Below are positions 17,877 to 26,831 of a DNA stretch of 64,000 nt, in pieces. Source of the stretch: a virus. The stretch lies in the IMG/VR virus record IMGVR_UViG_3300021959_004274, positions 28,188 through 92,187 of that record. One strand, given 5' to 3'. A program made the position numbers and the translations under genes. Numbering within the stretch: position 1 is the first letter of the stretch; every line of letters starts with the position of its first letter. The notes under the pieces are model-generated. The model saw only the letters and a program-made list of their open reading frames with translations, searched no databases and was not told where the DNA came from.

Positions 17877-19621
17877 TTACTATACCACTCCTGTAATAAT
17901 CTCCAGGCTGTACCGTCCTGAAGTTCACCTTGCGTAAATTGATGATAGGCAAGATTACAAAGTAGATAGTATACTTCATCTTCTGTTGGTATAACTGGTG
18001 TTTCTAATAAACTAAGATCGTTTGAACACAACGGCGAGGCCGCATTTTGTCCTAATACAAAAGCAGGCTTACCTTCCATTAAAGATTCAACAGCGGCTAT
18101 TGAATTATAAGTTACTGTACAATGTACGTCATCCAGGAGAGCTTTTTGTATGGTATCTTCAAGCACACGTTCCTTTCTTGTTTTCTTTAAACGTATCTCA
18201 ATGGGCCTATCTGTATATTTTTCAATTTCTTTTATAGTTGTTTCCATCCAGACATCTAAATCTTCACCATAAAAGCTCATAGCTTTATCACTAGGAGGTA
18301 CTACTAATATCTTACTGCCTGATGTAAACTTTTTAGTATATCCGTTTGCTTTAGTAAAACGGTCACTGGGCACATCTCTTAACTCTCCGCAATACTGTAA
18401 ACTATTTTTAGTTACTCTATGCCATAGTTTTGATTTACCGTTGCCATAGTAGCCAGTATCAACAAAATAAAAGTCTCTATTCTTTTCTCGGCACCAATCA
18501 AAGATGTGTCGTTTGGTTATACCTCTAAACACAATAGGTCTAGTATCCTGATCAGCATGTCCTTCGTAAACTGTTTTCCAATCAGTCAAACTTCCGCCTG
18601 CGCCTGTAGTAAAAAAATCTACTACTTTGTCCCACTTATAACCTTTTTTAATCAATGATTCACTTAATTCTTCCATATCGCTTATTCCTAATACTGAATC
18701 TGTTTTGTGATGATTTTTTAATCTATTAACAAAGTCTGCTAACTTAGGTGTATCATCATATACATGATGTACATCGTCTAATATTTTTTTAAGATCTGTA
18801 AAATACTTTTTATATTCTATAGAATATTGAAGTTGATCTACTCCAACTATTCTTTTTAAGTCTTGTTCTTGCTGTTGGTTATATTCGTCTAAATACTCTA
18901 ACCAAAGATCACCATACTGTACTTGACTCCAACTGCCTATGCCTGCTAGTTGATATTCTTTAGGTAAGGTATTGTCGTCAAACCAAGGACCGCCATCTGT
19001 ATAATGTATGGCACCAGGTTTACCCCAATCCTTTTCTTCATAATAACCTGACAACCAGTTCCAAGTTGGTTGTAAAAATCTTATATTAGATTCTTTTGTC
19101 CATTCAAATCTATGTAAGTAACTTAGCGGTTGTTTATTAATATTATCTAAACTCAGTCTACGACAATCTCTATGCTCACAATTAAATACCATCATCGACG
19201 ACCAATTCTTTTTAGGATACACAGACTGTGTTTTACCGTCCATTTTTAATTTTGTTTTTGGACTGTATCCATAATTTTCATGAGGAACTACAGAAACAGA
19301 ATTGCCAAACTCATCAATATTGTCGTAAACTTCTTTAATATCTTGTGTCCATAAAAAATCACAGTCACAAAATATTGCTTTACCTTGATAGTTCATTAAG
19401 TAAGGAACTAAAAATCTTGTGTAAGTAAATTCTGTTGATGCTGTATGTTCACGCTTACGTGTTATTATCTTGTCACGTTCTAGCTCATCTAGTTTGAGGT
19501 AATGTATTTTAACAGGAGCAGAAGCGTGTTTTAATATGCTGTAGGCACAAACATCTGCGGCTATGGGTTCACGTGAATCCCATCCTATAAAAACATTGAT
19601 TACTGTATGAGGTATTGACAT
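17873..19621 (-). CDS. Bifunctional glycosyltransferase: GT8-like + KpsS-like
   Basis: GWDSRE, STEFTYTRF, CDCDF, KNWSS, HYTDGGPW; C-terminal TYNSIAAVE..GKP. Confidence 0.75.
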   Translation of the reverse strand: MSIPHTVINVFIGWDSREPIAADVCAYSILKHASAPVKIHYLKLDELERDKIITRKREHTASTEFTYTRFLVPYLMNYQGKAIFCDCDFLWTQDIKEVYDNIDEFGNSVSVVPHENYGYSPKTKLKMDGKTQSVYPKKNWSSMMVFNCEHRDCRRLSLDNINKQPLSYLHRFEWTKESNIRFLQPTWNWLSGYYEEKDWGKPGAIHYTDGGPWFDDNTLPKEYQLAGIGSWSQVQYGDLWLEYLDEYNQQQEQDLKRIVGVDQLQYSIEYKKYFTDLKKILDDVHHVYDDTPKLADFVNRLKNHHKTDSVLGISDMEELSESLIKKGYKWDKVVDFFTTGAGGSLTDWKTVYEGHADQDTRPIVFRGITKRHIFDWCREKNRDFYFVDTGYYGNGKSKLWHRVTKNSLQYCGELRDVPSDRFTKANGYTKKFTSGSKILVVPPSDKAMSFYGEDLDVWMETTIKEIEKYTDRPIEIRLKKTRKERVLEDTIQKALLDDVHCTVTYNSIAAVESLMEGKPAFVLGQNAASPLCSNDLSLLETPVIPTEDEVYYLLCNLAYHQFTQGELQDGTAWRLLQEWYSK

Positions 19622-19655
19622 TAAACTTAATAATTAACTACTAAGTTTATATTTA

Positions 19656-20423
19656 TTAGTATGTGCGGAAGTCTCTTATGCTTTTGTCTAACCACATAAG
19701 CACTAGATCTTGTTGACTAACATAGTTGCGTTGATTAAGACTTTTTACTGCTGATTCAGGAATAAGATTTTGTTCTGCTAAATCAAACCAGGTAGCAGTT
19801 TTATAATCTAATTTTTTAAAATTAGGTTGTTTGTAGACAATGGCGTGTATCCAAGGATCGTTACGATCTTTTTTAAAGAAACCACCACTACAATCCCAAC
19901 CATTTATTGCTAACTGGTGTATTAGACCTACTAATGTCCAGTGATAGTATTCATTTGAATATTGGTCAGAAATAATTTTAGTTCTTTCTACACAGGTGGT
20001 TTCAGGTACACTAACGATTAACATACCATTATCTCTACACAGGTCATACCAATGTCCTAGTGTTTGCAAAGGATTAATTGCATATTGAAGTATATTAGGT
20101 GCGTTAATAACATCAAATGAATTTGGTTTAAGGCCTGTGTTTTCCATGTCAGCCTCAACTATTTCTACAATATTGTGATGTTTTAGATCTTTATCAAATC
20201 TATTTTTAATATCAACACCGGTACATTTGATATTCAATGGTATTTGACGTTCATTTTCATCTTCAACTGTACGTGTTGCCCACCAATACATGTCATGGCC
20301 AAGTCCACAACCTATGTCTAGCATAGTACCTATAGACTCCATAAAGTCTGGGTGTTGGTCTAGTAACTCTAACGTTTCTAAACTCAGTTGATGTGCTTCT
20401 TTGTCAAATAACTGTTTATACAC
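19656..20423 (-). CDS. Class I SAM-dependent methyltransferase
   Basis: LDIGCGLG, GVD, FDVI. Confidence 0.8.
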   Translation of the reverse strand: MYKQLFDKEAHQLSLETLELLDQHPDFMESIGTMLDIGCGLGHDMYWWATRTVEDENERQIPLNIKCTGVDIKNRFDKDLKHHNIVEIVEADMENTGLKPNSFDVINAPNILQYAINPLQTLGHWYDLCRDNGMLIVSVPETTCVERTKIISDQYSNEYYHWTLVGLIHQLAINGWDCSGGFFKKDRNDPWIHAIVYKQPNFKKLDYKTATWFDLAEQNLIPESAVKSLNQRNYVSQQDLVLMWLDKSIRDFRTY

Positions 20424-20871
20424 TAATATCTTCCATGCCTGATGTTCTTAAGCGAACAACATGACCTAGCATAAAGTTTTTGCTTTCAAAGCCTTTTAGT
20501 ATGCCTAGCCATTTGTTTCTAAGTAAAGCAACATCATTGATCAGTGTTTCAAAGTCAATAACTTCATCCTCGCCATCTACATACTTTTCTGCATCACGTG
20601 ATGTCAATGCTCTTTGATATGCTTCTAAATACTTCTGAAAGTGCTTACGTCTAATCTTACGTAACTGTATATTTAGATAGTTTAAAATTGCTTCAATTTC
20701 TTGTAATTGATTAAAACGATGTTCTGTGATGCCAGGTAAGTCTCTAATGTTCTTTTCTACATTACCGTATATTGAGCATTCCTGTTTTGCTTTAATTAAT
20801 TCATTTTCATAATGTAATAACATGTCAGGAATTTTTGAAATGTCTTTTGTAACATCACTATACCAACTCAT
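20416..20871 (-). CDS. uvsY: Recombination mediator UvsY
   Basis: Helical, KYVDGEDEV, next to UvsX. Confidence 0.8.
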   Translation of the reverse strand: MSWYSDVTKDISKIPDMLLHYENELIKAKQECSIYGNVEKNIRDLPGITEHRFNQLQEIEAILNYLNIQLRKIRRKHFQKYLEAYQRALTSRDAEKYVDGEDEVIDFETLINDVALLRNKWLGILKGFESKNFMLGHVVRLRTSGMEDISV

Positions 20872-21140
20872 TAATAATCCTCGCCTTCATTGTCGTCTTC
20901 TTCATACTCATCGCCCCAAGGATCTAAACCATCATCATCGTCGTCGAGAGTTTCGTCATAATCTAATAGTGCATCTTTGATGTCATCATCCTCATATAGA
21001 TTTGATTCTTTAATTTCTTTTGGGCTGACACCTTGTACATCTACTAGAGTATGTACTAGATCAATAGCGGCCTCTTTATAGTGACTTTCATTGATATGGC
21101 CTTTAAGTGTTTCAAAAATATCAGCGATTGCGTTCAGCAT
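20871..21140 (-). CDS. Hypothetical protein with Asp/Glu-rich tail
   Basis: Coupled ORF between uvsX and uvsY. Confidence 0.7.
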   Translation of the reverse strand: MLNAIADIFETLKGHINESHYKEAAIDLVHTLVDVQGVSPKEIKESNLYEDDDIKDALLDYDETLDDDDDGLDPWGDEYEEDDNEGEDY

Positions 21141-21141
21141 T

Positions 21142-22275
21142 TTATTCCTCTGTCTCCTCTGTTTGAACTGCTTCGGCTTCGTCTATTGCTTTCATTTCCA
21201 TTTCTGTAGCAACATCGATACTTGCCTCTACATCTGCTATATTTACTTCTTTTGATTGATTTTTGAGGTGTTCCATAACCTTATCTAAACAACCTTGTTC
21301 GTTTGATTCCCAGGCTTTACGGAACTGTTTAATTTCACCAGCACTGTCTGGTTCACCAAAACGTAGTCTATTACCATCTTTAACTAGTAAGCCTGCTTTT
21401 TCAGCCATATCAACTAATCCTGAATATGGGTTCATACCTGTTTCATATGGAATCTTAACCTGTACTGATTCAAATGGTTTAGCATAACGAGTCTTCATAA
21501 TTTTACATGCGGCTCTAATACCCATAACATCTGATACTTTGTTACCATCTTCGTCTTCTTTTAGTTTTAGTTTACGCATAGCAACAACAATACTTGAAGC
21601 ATAGATAAAGCCTTGTCCACCTGATATTTTATCATCTGGATCAAACATGTCCTGACTTGCGTAAGTGTGGTTAGTACATACCATGCCAACGTTAGCAGAA
21701 CCAAACATGTTAACGCAGTTACGAACTAAGGCTGTTAGTGCTTTAGGCTTACGTCCCATATCACCTTTTAAGTCACCTTTTTGGAACTGATCAACATCTG
21801 TAGGAGTTAGTAACATACCTAAACTGTCAATAACAAATAGTACCTTAGGACGATCTTCTTCTGCCATAGCACGATATTCACCCATAAAGTCGTTGATAGT
21901 TTTTGCTACATCATCAATCATGGCCATGTTGAGTTTAAGTAGCTTATCTTCAGATGTATCAACATCCAATGCCTGTAACCAATTTTCATCTAAGGCGTTT
22001 TCACTATCAATTAAGACAACAAAGATGCCTTGCTTTTGTGCTTCTTTAACAATGTTACCTGAACAGATATAACTTTTACCCGCACCTGATTCACCAGCAA
22101 ACACAGTTACTTTGCCTAGCGGAATACCTTTAGTAAAGTCTCCCGAAATCAAATAATTAAGGGCATAATTACCTGTTGATACCCAGTCTGTTGGATCGTT
22201 AAATCCTATTGATAGTCCTGCAATGCTTTTGCTGATACTCTTTCTAAACTTACTTACATCAAATGGTTTGGCCAT
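21142..22275 (-). CDS. uvsX: RecA-like recombinase UvsX
   Basis: GESGAGKS, IDSE, VIDSLG, NHTY, SGG, KTR. Confidence 0.93.
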   Translation of the reverse strand: MAKPFDVSKFRKSISKSIAGLSIGFNDPTDWVSTGNYALNYLISGDFTKGIPLGKVTVFAGESGAGKSYICSGNIVKEAQKQGIFVVLIDSENALDENWLQALDVDTSEDKLLKLNMAMIDDVAKTINDFMGEYRAMAEEDRPKVLFVIDSLGMLLTPTDVDQFQKGDLKGDMGRKPKALTALVRNCVNMFGSANVGMVCTNHTYASQDMFDPDDKISGGQGFIYASSIVVAMRKLKLKEDEDGNKVSDVMGIRAACKIMKTRYAKPFESVQVKIPYETGMNPYSGLVDMAEKAGLLVKDGNRLRFGEPDSAGEIKQFRKAWESNEQGCLDKVMEHLKNQSKEVNIADVEASIDVATEMEMKAIDEAEAVQTEETEE

Positions 22276-22276
22276 G

Positions 22277-23296
22277 CTATTCTCCTAGTTCTATGTCAAA
22301 GTAGTCTTGGTAACTTATACCACGCAGTTTATCCTGCTCTGTTACAAAGTCCACTAGTTCTTTTGTGTTATTATAACTTGATGCTACTAAATGTTCAAGT
22401 TGTTTGAGCAACAATATGTCCGTTTTTTGGAAAAGTTCTTTTGCTCGTAGTGTAAATGGGTTTGTGGCTTTTATGCTTAGTTGTTCAGGAAACTCTAGTA
22501 ATCCATAACTAAAAGGTATTCCTACAGAGTCTGCATAACGCAACATATTTTCCAAATCACAGATAGTAAACACATTCAGAGTACTCCAAAATCCTAGTTC
22601 TATTAAGTTACTAGTGTCTGCTAATTGTTTATACTCTTTTACCACCTGGTCCCATTTTTTCCAACTTACAGGCCACCGTGCATATTCATTAACCTGTTCA
22701 GTACCATCAAAACTTAAAGTAATTGTAACTTTAATCTTACGTTCTAACAGCATTTTTACTTCCGGTATTACCGTTGTGCCGTTAGTGTTTATTCTAACTA
22801 TTTTAACATTAGGTGGTAAGTTGTTTAACAACCGTTTATAGTTTTTACTATAACTTGGTTCGCCACCGTTTATATCTAATTCTACTATACGATCTTGTGG
22901 TAGGCTATCAAAAGCAGTAACGTTTTCTAATTTAATAATGTTTTTCTTTAAACTGCCTATAGTAGTTGACAATCCTTCATAACAAAACTGACAAGCAGAG
23001 TTACAAACATTATCTAGCACCCCACCTACAATTAAGTAATCACTGTGGAATTTTTTAAGTAACGTATGTCTACTTTGTGTGTCTAATCTAATACTTTGTT
23101 TGGCTGTTTGTTCAGTTATTTGACAGCGTACACATTCATTAGGATGTGTTTCGGCCTGTTTTAATTTCTGAGCCCAGTCACTGGATTCCATTTCTTCATA
23201 GGAATTAAAGCGTGGAGCATCAACCATATGTCCACAACGACTAACTGTGCCGTCTTCGTTCAATCTAGCAAAGTGGTTAAATCTTGGGCAAAACAT
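22277..23296 (-). CDS. Radical SAM protein with N-terminal Cys (twitch/SPASM-like) domain
   Basis: CNSACQFC, GGEP, NTNG; N-terminal C..C..CxxC. Confidence 0.85.
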   Translation of the reverse strand: MFCPRFNHFARLNEDGTVSRCGHMVDAPRFNSYEEMESSDWAQKLKQAETHPNECVRCQITEQTAKQSIRLDTQSRHTLLKKFHSDYLIVGGVLDNVCNSACQFCYEGLSTTIGSLKKNIIKLENVTAFDSLPQDRIVELDINGGEPSYSKNYKRLLNNLPPNVKIVRINTNGTTVIPEVKMLLERKIKVTITLSFDGTEQVNEYARWPVSWKKWDQVVKEYKQLADTSNLIELGFWSTLNVFTICDLENMLRYADSVGIPFSYGLLEFPEQLSIKATNPFTLRAKELFQKTDILLLKQLEHLVASSYNNTKELVDFVTEQDKLRGISYQDYFDIELGE

Positions 23297-23909
23297 GATA
23301 TGCCTTTCCTATCAGAGTTGAGTATTCTGTTGGACATCTTTCATTAAGATGATTAAACATTTCTTTAACTGTCCAGCTTTGTCCAGTTAATTCATCTAAA
23401 ATAATCTGATCTATAGTAAATGCTGTTGCCAGTCCCGGACTATTAACAACATCTAACAAATCAATGTCTGTGTTTTTATCTTTAACAATATTGATATTTT
23501 GACAATACTGATTCATCATATTAATATTATGAAAATAAATTTTTGCATCTGTATCTAAGTATCTTGCAAGATTAATTATCCATTGATATTGATGTGCAAA
23601 ATGCCTATCCAATATTATACCTTGCTTAAGATAGTGCTTAACAGTATCCACATTGAGATGGGTATTGTTATACAGATATGTTTGTACTCCACTAATATAG
23701 CGTTCTTTTGGATTTCTAATAAACACATCTACAACACTAAGTTTCCTAATTTGCTCATTGATTATTTTTTTAAAATTTTTGTCCTGAGCAATAGCATCCA
23801 TTGATGTGCTACCACATTTAAAGATAGGATAAAAAAACTTATTAATTTCATGAAAGTCGTAGACTTCAACTCTATTTGGAAACAGTATGTCATCTAACCG
23901 TGTAAGCAT
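23277..23909 (-). CDS. Sulfotransferase family 2-like protein
   Basis: PIFKCGSTS, RNPKERYISG, DRHFAHQ. Confidence 0.6.
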   Translation of the reverse strand: MLTRLDDILFPNRVEVYDFHEINKFFYPIFKCGSTSMDAIAQDKNFKKIINEQIRKLSVVDVFIRNPKERYISGVQTYLYNNTHLNVDTVKHYLKQGIILDRHFAHQYQWIINLARYLDTDAKIYFHNINMMNQYCQNINIVKDKNTDIDLLDVVNSPGLATAFTIDQIILDELTGQSWTVKEMFNHLNERCPTEYSTLIGKAYHVLPKI

Positions 23910-25042
23910 TTATACATTTCCTTAAAGAGTTGTTTGCTGTGTAGTTTTCTAAGTTGATCTAATCTTTTTAAGTATGTTAATAAAATATCTTTTTTCTTTT
24001 CAAATGGTCTATCTAAGAAATTTAACATATTACGATAACTGTCTTCTAATAGGTATCCTGGATTAGCATCAATTTTTTCTTGTAATAAGTCTTTGAGATA
24101 GGTCAATGTAGAATCGGGTAAATTTCTTATATCAAAAAATACTGGTGATTCAATTGGATTAACAATAAAACTGTTGTTATGAAATCCTAGCTTTTGTAAA
24201 AACTTAATACAATCAAATATTGAAAGATAGTTTAAAGGAATCCATAACATATTAAAACTTACTTTATGATCTAAGTTTCTTATTATTTCTAAGTTGTCTA
24301 AAAAGTCTTGCCACTTACCACCATATCTAATATACTCAAACTGATCTTCCATTGATTCTACACTTATTGTCCAATGTACATTTTTAAATTGACATATTAA
24401 GTCAAACACAGGTGTGCCTGTTTTACTTAAATTAGTGTTTATTCTTAAATTAACATCAGGGTTTACTTCTAATAATAATTTAAGTAGTTCTTCATTTTCT
24501 TTCATTAATAATGGTTCACCGCCAGCCATGTATACATGTTTTAGTTGATGTGCATTACTAAAAACAAATTGTTTAAGTTCTTCTACACGTTCAGCTGGAA
24601 CCTGTGGCTTTTCAAGTTTTAATTCAGCTACCCATTTACTTGAATATTCTGGACCACAATATACGCAGGAAAAGTTACATGAATTTGACCATCTTATATC
24701 AATTTTGTGTAAGTCAAATTGATCTGTAGTTTTATATGTGTCCAACGATGTGTTACGTAGTTCTTTAAGATAAAATACTCTATCACTAACAATATCAAAA
24801 CTTTTTTTACCTGCCTCTAATTGATAACACCCTTGACATCCTTGCCCAGGTTTGTTATCTAACATTGTTTGTTTTATTTCAGTATTCTGATCTAGTATTT
24901 CTTTTAATGTATTATCTTTTAAATTGCCAATGGGTAAACGATTACGAATACAATTTTGCACTGTTCCGTCCCCATTGTACATAAATCCAGTCCATGGAAT
25001 AGGACAAAAGTTTTTATTTGTTAGGTAAGTTTTACTGTCCAT
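23894..25042 (-). CDS. Radical SAM protein with twitch/SPASM-like domain
   Basis: CPIPW..C..CQGC; CNFSCVYC, GGEPL, NTN. Confidence 0.88.
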   Translation of the reverse strand: MDSKTYLTNKNFCPIPWTGFMYNGDGTVQNCIRNRLPIGNLKDNTLKEILDQNTEIKQTMLDNKPGQGCQGCYQLEAGKKSFDIVSDRVFYLKELRNTSLDTYKTTDQFDLHKIDIRWSNSCNFSCVYCGPEYSSKWVAELKLEKPQVPAERVEELKQFVFSNAHQLKHVYMAGGEPLLMKENEELLKLLLEVNPDVNLRINTNLSKTGTPVFDLICQFKNVHWTISVESMEDQFEYIRYGGKWQDFLDNLEIIRNLDHKVSFNMLWIPLNYLSIFDCIKFLQKLGFHNNSFIVNPIESPVFFDIRNLPDSTLTYLKDLLQEKIDANPGYLLEDSYRNMLNFLDRPFEKKKDILLTYLKRLDQLRKLHSKQLFKEMYKCLHG

Positions 25043-25568
25043 AATCTACACCAAGTGCAAATTCATATACTCGTAGTCCGGGTTTAACTGATTCAATAAT
25101 GTTAATCATTGACTCTGCCCAGGCATCTACATCACAGGCTTGAGTGCTACTGTGTGGTCCTGTATTAACTTCTCCAGGTCTAATTAATGTAATTTTAGGC
25201 CACAGTGTGGATAATGCTAATTGCAAACTAGCATTTTCTAATGCAACCTTCTGTGAGTAATATGGAATATGCTCATCACAATCAGGACCTGACATAGTCA
25301 TCATAGTACTAATAACTATAATTTCTTTACCTTCCTGACCTTTCCATCTATTGTGTATTTCAAACAATAAATCTGTTTGTGCAAAGCCTTGCTGTGCATT
25401 GTTAATAAACATATCACACGATTCAATTTGATCTGCTACACGATTTATATTACGTATATCATTTCCATCTCGCTTGGAAAGACCTATAACGGTATGTCCA
25501 CGCTGTTTATATTGACGTGTTAGTGCTTGGCCAATGCCAGAAGAGTGTCCTGTAATTGCTATTTTCAT
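25032..25568 (-). CDS. Short-chain dehydrogenase/reductase
   Basis: TGHSSGIG, NNA, YYSQK (YxxxK). Confidence 0.85.
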   Translation of the reverse strand: MKIAITGHSSGIGQALTRQYKQRGHTVIGLSKRDGNDIRNINRVADQIESCDMFINNAQQGFAQTDLLFEIHNRWKGQEGKEIIVISTMMTMSGPDCDEHIPYYSQKVALENASLQLALSTLWPKITLIRPGEVNTGPHSSTQACDVDAWAESMINIIESVKPGLRVYEFALGVDYGQ

Positions 25569-25580
25569 AATAATAGTTAT

Positions 25581-25619
25581 AAAGAAAGATTGAGCGGTAA
25601 AATTAAATTACCGCCCAAT
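25581..25619 (-). terminator. Terminator after gp32
   Basis: GCGGTAA/TTACCGC stem extended, CTTTCTTT tail. Confidence 0.65.
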
Positions 25620-25633
25620 ATCACAACTACTTA

Positions 25634-26644
25634 TTATGATTTTCTTGCACGGATCATAGCAAGAATATCTTCTGCTTTAGATCCACCTGCAGGTGCCGCC
25701 GCTGTTTCTGCTACTGGCTCTGGAGCCGGTGCTGTTTCAACTGCTGGTGCAGGAGCAACTGTTGGTTCAGGAGTAGCCGCTGGTGCTGTTTCCTGTACAG
25801 GAGTTGCTGTTGGTGCTGGTGTAACACTAACTGATGGTGCGTTTTGTGGAACCTGCATGCCTGATGGTCTGTAGTAAGCACCCCAACGCTCTGCGTCATA
25901 TGGTCTGCCATCTACTGATGCTTCAAACATTTCTTTCATAACTTTAAGTTCTTGCTCACTAGGCTTCTTAGGTAAGAAGTCAGCAAGTGTGTATAAGCCG
26001 TGTTCGTTAACTGCGGCTTGTTCTGCTTCTGTTAATGCAGACTCTTTTCTTGCCCATTGTGATGTTGTATAATCAGCATAACCACCTTTTTGTGTTTTAG
26101 TTACACGGAAGTCTAAACCATTTGTATAATCTGTTGGTAGTTCTTCCATATCTGGATCCATTAAACTTGACTTAATAAGAGTAAAGATTTGAGGACTCAT
26201 AATAAAACGTCTAATAGGATTAGCTGGTGTTGTGTCATCTTCTAAAGGATTTTGTCTAACAAAACCTTGGAATACGTAGGATTTCTTTTTCCAATACTTA
26301 CGACCCATTTCTTCTAATGAACTGTCCTTAAACCATGTTCTAACTTCTGCTAGAATAGGACACGAATCACCCCACATTTCTACACATGGTACTTGAACTA
26401 ATACGTTCTTATTATCCATTTCGCCTTTAACGCCGTTAAATGGTAAACGGATCATGTTACGTTCTACCCAAAAGAATGTGTTGTTTGGATCTGCGTCTGG
26501 AAGGAATCTGATTGTTGCTGATTCGCCTTCTTTGATGTTCCAGTGTGGATAAATTGCGTTATCACCGGTGTATGATTGGTTGTTGCCTTGACTGCGTGAT
26601 TCTGCCGCCTGTAATTTTGCTCTAATATCTGCTAAACTTGCCAT
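25634..26644 (-). CDS. gp32: Single-stranded DNA-binding protein
   Basis: IRFLP, CP, GYADY; T4 gp32-like layout. Confidence 0.88.
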   Translation of the reverse strand: MASLADIRAKLQAAESRSQGNNQSYTGDNAIYPHWNIKEGESATIRFLPDADPNNTFFWVERNMIRLPFNGVKGEMDNKNVLVQVPCVEMWGDSCPILAEVRTWFKDSSLEEMGRKYWKKKSYVFQGFVRQNPLEDDTTPANPIRRFIMSPQIFTLIKSSLMDPDMEELPTDYTNGLDFRVTKTQKGGYADYTTSQWARKESALTEAEQAAVNEHGLYTLADFLPKKPSEQELKVMKEMFEASVDGRPYDAERWGAYYRPSGMQVPQNAPSVSVTPAPTATPVQETAPAATPEPTVAPAPAVETAPAPEPVAETAAAPAGGSKAEDILAMIRARKS

Positions 26645-26712
26645 AATGTATTTCTCCTTTATGTGCCATAATAATTTGCCTTAATGTGTGCCTAATAAAA
26701 CACTACCTTAAT

Positions 26713-26741
26713 AGTGTAATATAATTTATTTATGCTGTCAA
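26713..26741 (-). promoter_or_regulatory. sigma70 promoter TTGACA-17-TACACT with nested ATAAATA late box
   Basis: Direct reading of sequence. Confidence 0.7.
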
Positions 26742-26774
26742 CAATAATATTGGTATATTTTACCAAATGGTCAT

Positions 26775-26806
26775 AAAAAAAGCACATAAACTAAATTATG
26801 TGCTTT
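26775..26806 (-). terminator. Rho-independent terminator
   Basis: AAAGCACATAA/TTATGTGCTTT stem + T run. Confidence 0.8.
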
Positions 26807-26831
26807 CTTTGAGGGTTTGTCAAAAACTACA

